Shown: positions 62,143 to 64,000 of the stretch, in pieces
Layout of the letters: each line of letters begins with the position of its first letter
Numbering within the stretch: position 1 is the stretch's first letter
Assembly: GCA_003649205.1 (NCBI GenBank)
Contig: QMRC01000002.1
Coordinates: 64,001-128,000 of the forward strand
DNA length: 64,000 nt
DNA from: Thermoprotei archaeon
Lineage (GTDB): Archaea; Thermoproteota; Thermoprotei; Thermoproteales; B15-G16
Direction: 5' to 3'
Program-made: the position numbers and the translations under genes
Notes under the pieces: generated by a model
The model's database searches: none
What the model saw: the letters and a program-made list of their open reading frames with translations, nothing else
Told to the model about the DNA's origin: nothing

Positions 62143-62329
62143 TACTAATGTATGTGTTTACTATACCTTATACGTTCTCAAGCAGATGTTAGGGATTGGG
62201 AGAGTTAGTGATCTAGAGTTATGCTGCTTTAACTTTTTACAGAGTTTAGTGTTGCGAGGTAGGAGAGCAATCGTGGGTTTGGTGTCGGTTATTGAGTGTG
62301 TTGATGTGTTTAAGGCTCTTGCGAGGTGA
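62126..62329 (+). pseudogene. Truncated PIN-domain toxin
   Basis: MSYVLDTNV...VSVIEC; overlaps the antitoxin end; only about 67 aa. Confidence 0.6.
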
Positions 62330-62384
62330 TTTTGTGTCGATCATAGGGATCTATTCGAGGTATTTATGATCTCTTTGCTTCCTC

Positions 62385-63272
62385 TTGTTGATGTCAGGAC
62401 TATTACTCTGCAGGATTATCTACGTGCTCTTCAGGACTTTAGGGGGTCGTTCGGGTTTAAATCCTAGGTGGGAGTTCCTAAATCATGCAAAGTTTCTTGT
62501 ATTTTATCACGTATGTTTTTCGGGGAGAGTAATTTACCATGGGAAGTACTGTGGTTCAACAAATCTGACTATAGCCGGACTCGCGTATAGGAGAGGTATA
62601 GGGGGTTCAAGAGGTATCGGGAACTATGAGGAATTTACTATATCCAATCCTAGACCTAGGCTCAACTTGGGTAGAGGAGATGTATTTTACCTGAGTGAGG
62701 TACTGAATCTCGTTACCCATAAGGCATCTCTCTATGTTAACCCTAACTATCTGAGGAAGTATCTATTGGATCATCTAATGCGTATGGAATCTATTTTACA
62801 TAACAGCCGTAGGATTATCTCAGGCACATCTCTAGGTGAGTTGTATGAAACGTGTGTGGATCTGCTGGTTGTCTATGACCAGACATATGCTCTTCTTGAT
62901 GAAGTGCCTGGGAAGGGGCTCACAAGGGAGATAGAGGAGGAGCTAGCGAAAATGAAACCGCCTGTAAATCCATTTGAACTGGAACTAATGATACCAATTG
63001 ATAGGGATCAAGCGGAATTGCTGGCAAAGGACTTGGGGCTACAGTATGCAGCACTTCGAAAGATGATAAGGGAGTACATAGATGTTTTAGAAAGTGCATG
63101 TAGGTTGATTAAAGAGAGATACTTAGCGAAATTGGAGAGGGTAAGGGATTATTTCGATGTGAAGGAACGCAGTTTTATGGAATTCATAGAACGCAATAAC
63201 ACGCGCCACAGAAGGAGTCTCGAGAGGATAATAGGAACAGCCGCGAAGTTTGGGAAGCTAGGACAACTATGA
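62385..63272 (+). CDS. PLD-family (HKD) nuclease-like protein, probably 5'-truncated
   Basis: NHAKFLVF, YCGSTNLT.AGL and GNYEE, followed by a helical C-terminus. Confidence 0.62.
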   Translation: MLMSGLLLCRIIYVLFRTLGGRSGLNPRWEFLNHAKFLVFYHVCFSGRVIYHGKYCGSTNLTIAGLAYRRGIGGSRGIGNYEEFTISNPRPRLNLGRGDVFYLSEVLNLVTHKASLYVNPNYLRKYLLDHLMRMESILHNSRRIISGTSLGELYETCVDLLVVYDQTYALLDEVPGKGLTREIEEELAKMKPPVNPFELELMIPIDRDQAELLAKDLGLQYAALRKMIREYIDVLESACRLIKERYLAKLERVRDYFDVKERSFMEFIERNNTRHRRSLERIIGTAAKFGKLGQL

Positions 63273-63674
63273 TGGAGGCTCTGGCAATGGAATGTCGCGG
63301 GTAATGATGTGTGCACTGGTGATGTTGAGGGCTTTCTTTCAGCTGTTGCTCTTCTTGGTCGGAACTAGTTTCAGGTATATGTAGTTCATGTAATAGTTCT
63401 CTTCAGCATAAGCATTTCACGCTAGAGGATCTAGAGGATGAACTTAGCCTCTAGCTGTGCTGTAAAGGATTAGTGTGTCTTTCGGTGTAGGTTGGCCACT
63501 TCTTGAGTTTATCTTCCTTTACTGCATGAATTTACTCATCAATGGACGTGTCTAGGACGTATGGTTGTGTGCATGATTTCTGTTACTGAGCTTGCTTTGA
63601 TGTAGGTATGTGCTGTAGCTTGATCTCTCAGGTTAGAAACTTTGAAGTAGTGGGATGGGTGATGCTGATAATGT

Positions 63675-63929
63675 ATGGCCGCTAGGGGTATTGTTTTTGA
63701 GCGTTGTATTGGTGAGTTGTTTACATGTCTTGGGTTTGAGGTTAAGCGTGTGAATTTCACTTTCACGTGCCCTATCCATGGTAGACTTCACGAAGTAGAT
63801 CTCGTTGTTGCAGCAGTGGAGAAACCTCTCATAACTACTTGGTACGTACCTGGCAGTTGTTTTGCTGTGGAGTGTAAGGTAGGTCCTGTACCGGAGAGAG
63901 TTGTTGAAGAGCTATATCTTAACCAGTGA
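63675..63929 (+). pseudogene. Mrr-like PD-(D/E)XK restriction endonuclease fragment
   Basis: RGIVFERCIGELF..LGFEV...EVDLV...AVECK; the ORF ends early. Confidence 0.6.
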
Positions 63930-64000
63930 TTTCTCAGCTTCGAGCGACTGCTTTGTGTGGATGGTTGCTTTACTCTCCATATGTTGTTAACCATAGTCTT

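Noticed and set aside
212-63994. Numerous antisense shadow ORFs in the ORF track (for example 212, 1353, 21610, 32886, 43494, 53526)
   Set aside because: They lie opposite well-supported genes and have no independent RBS or family motifs.

Overview
Archaeal chromosomal DNA, most likely a thermophilic crenarchaeote (Thermoprotei). This is inferred from the expanded PaREP1, HEPN-MNT and archaeal-ATPase families, the fused TPS/TPP gene and GGTG/GAGG-type RBSs. About 1-18 kb holds scattered metabolic and housekeeping-type genes: NurA-like nuclease, corrinoid protein, PLD nuclease, two VUT/YhhQ transporters, DUF166, Eis-like GNAT, acetamidase, DMT, trehalose TPSP and TauE. About 18-49 kb is a dense toxin-antitoxin/defence-like island. 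It has about 10 HEPN/MNT modules (2 intact fusions), 8 PaREP1 copies in different states of decay, 4 STAND-like archaeal ATPases, 2 Asn-substituted retropepsin-like genes each overlapped by a small basic uORF, a TnpB-like remnant, an HD dNTPase-like gene and many pseudogenes. About 49-61 kb is a surface-glycosylation locus (GT2, GT4, methyltransferases, an HPr-kinase-like protein and a 1274-aa GT-C/CBM-like membrane protein). About 61-64 kb holds decayed DUF4065/PIN, PLD and Mrr-like genes. I found no rRNA, tRNA, CRISPR array or integrase. The most unusual signals are the uORF + Asn-retropepsin pairs and a patchy, gradient-like A+C versus G+T strand skew that ignores gene direction. All family calls come from motif recognition by eye, with no database searches.
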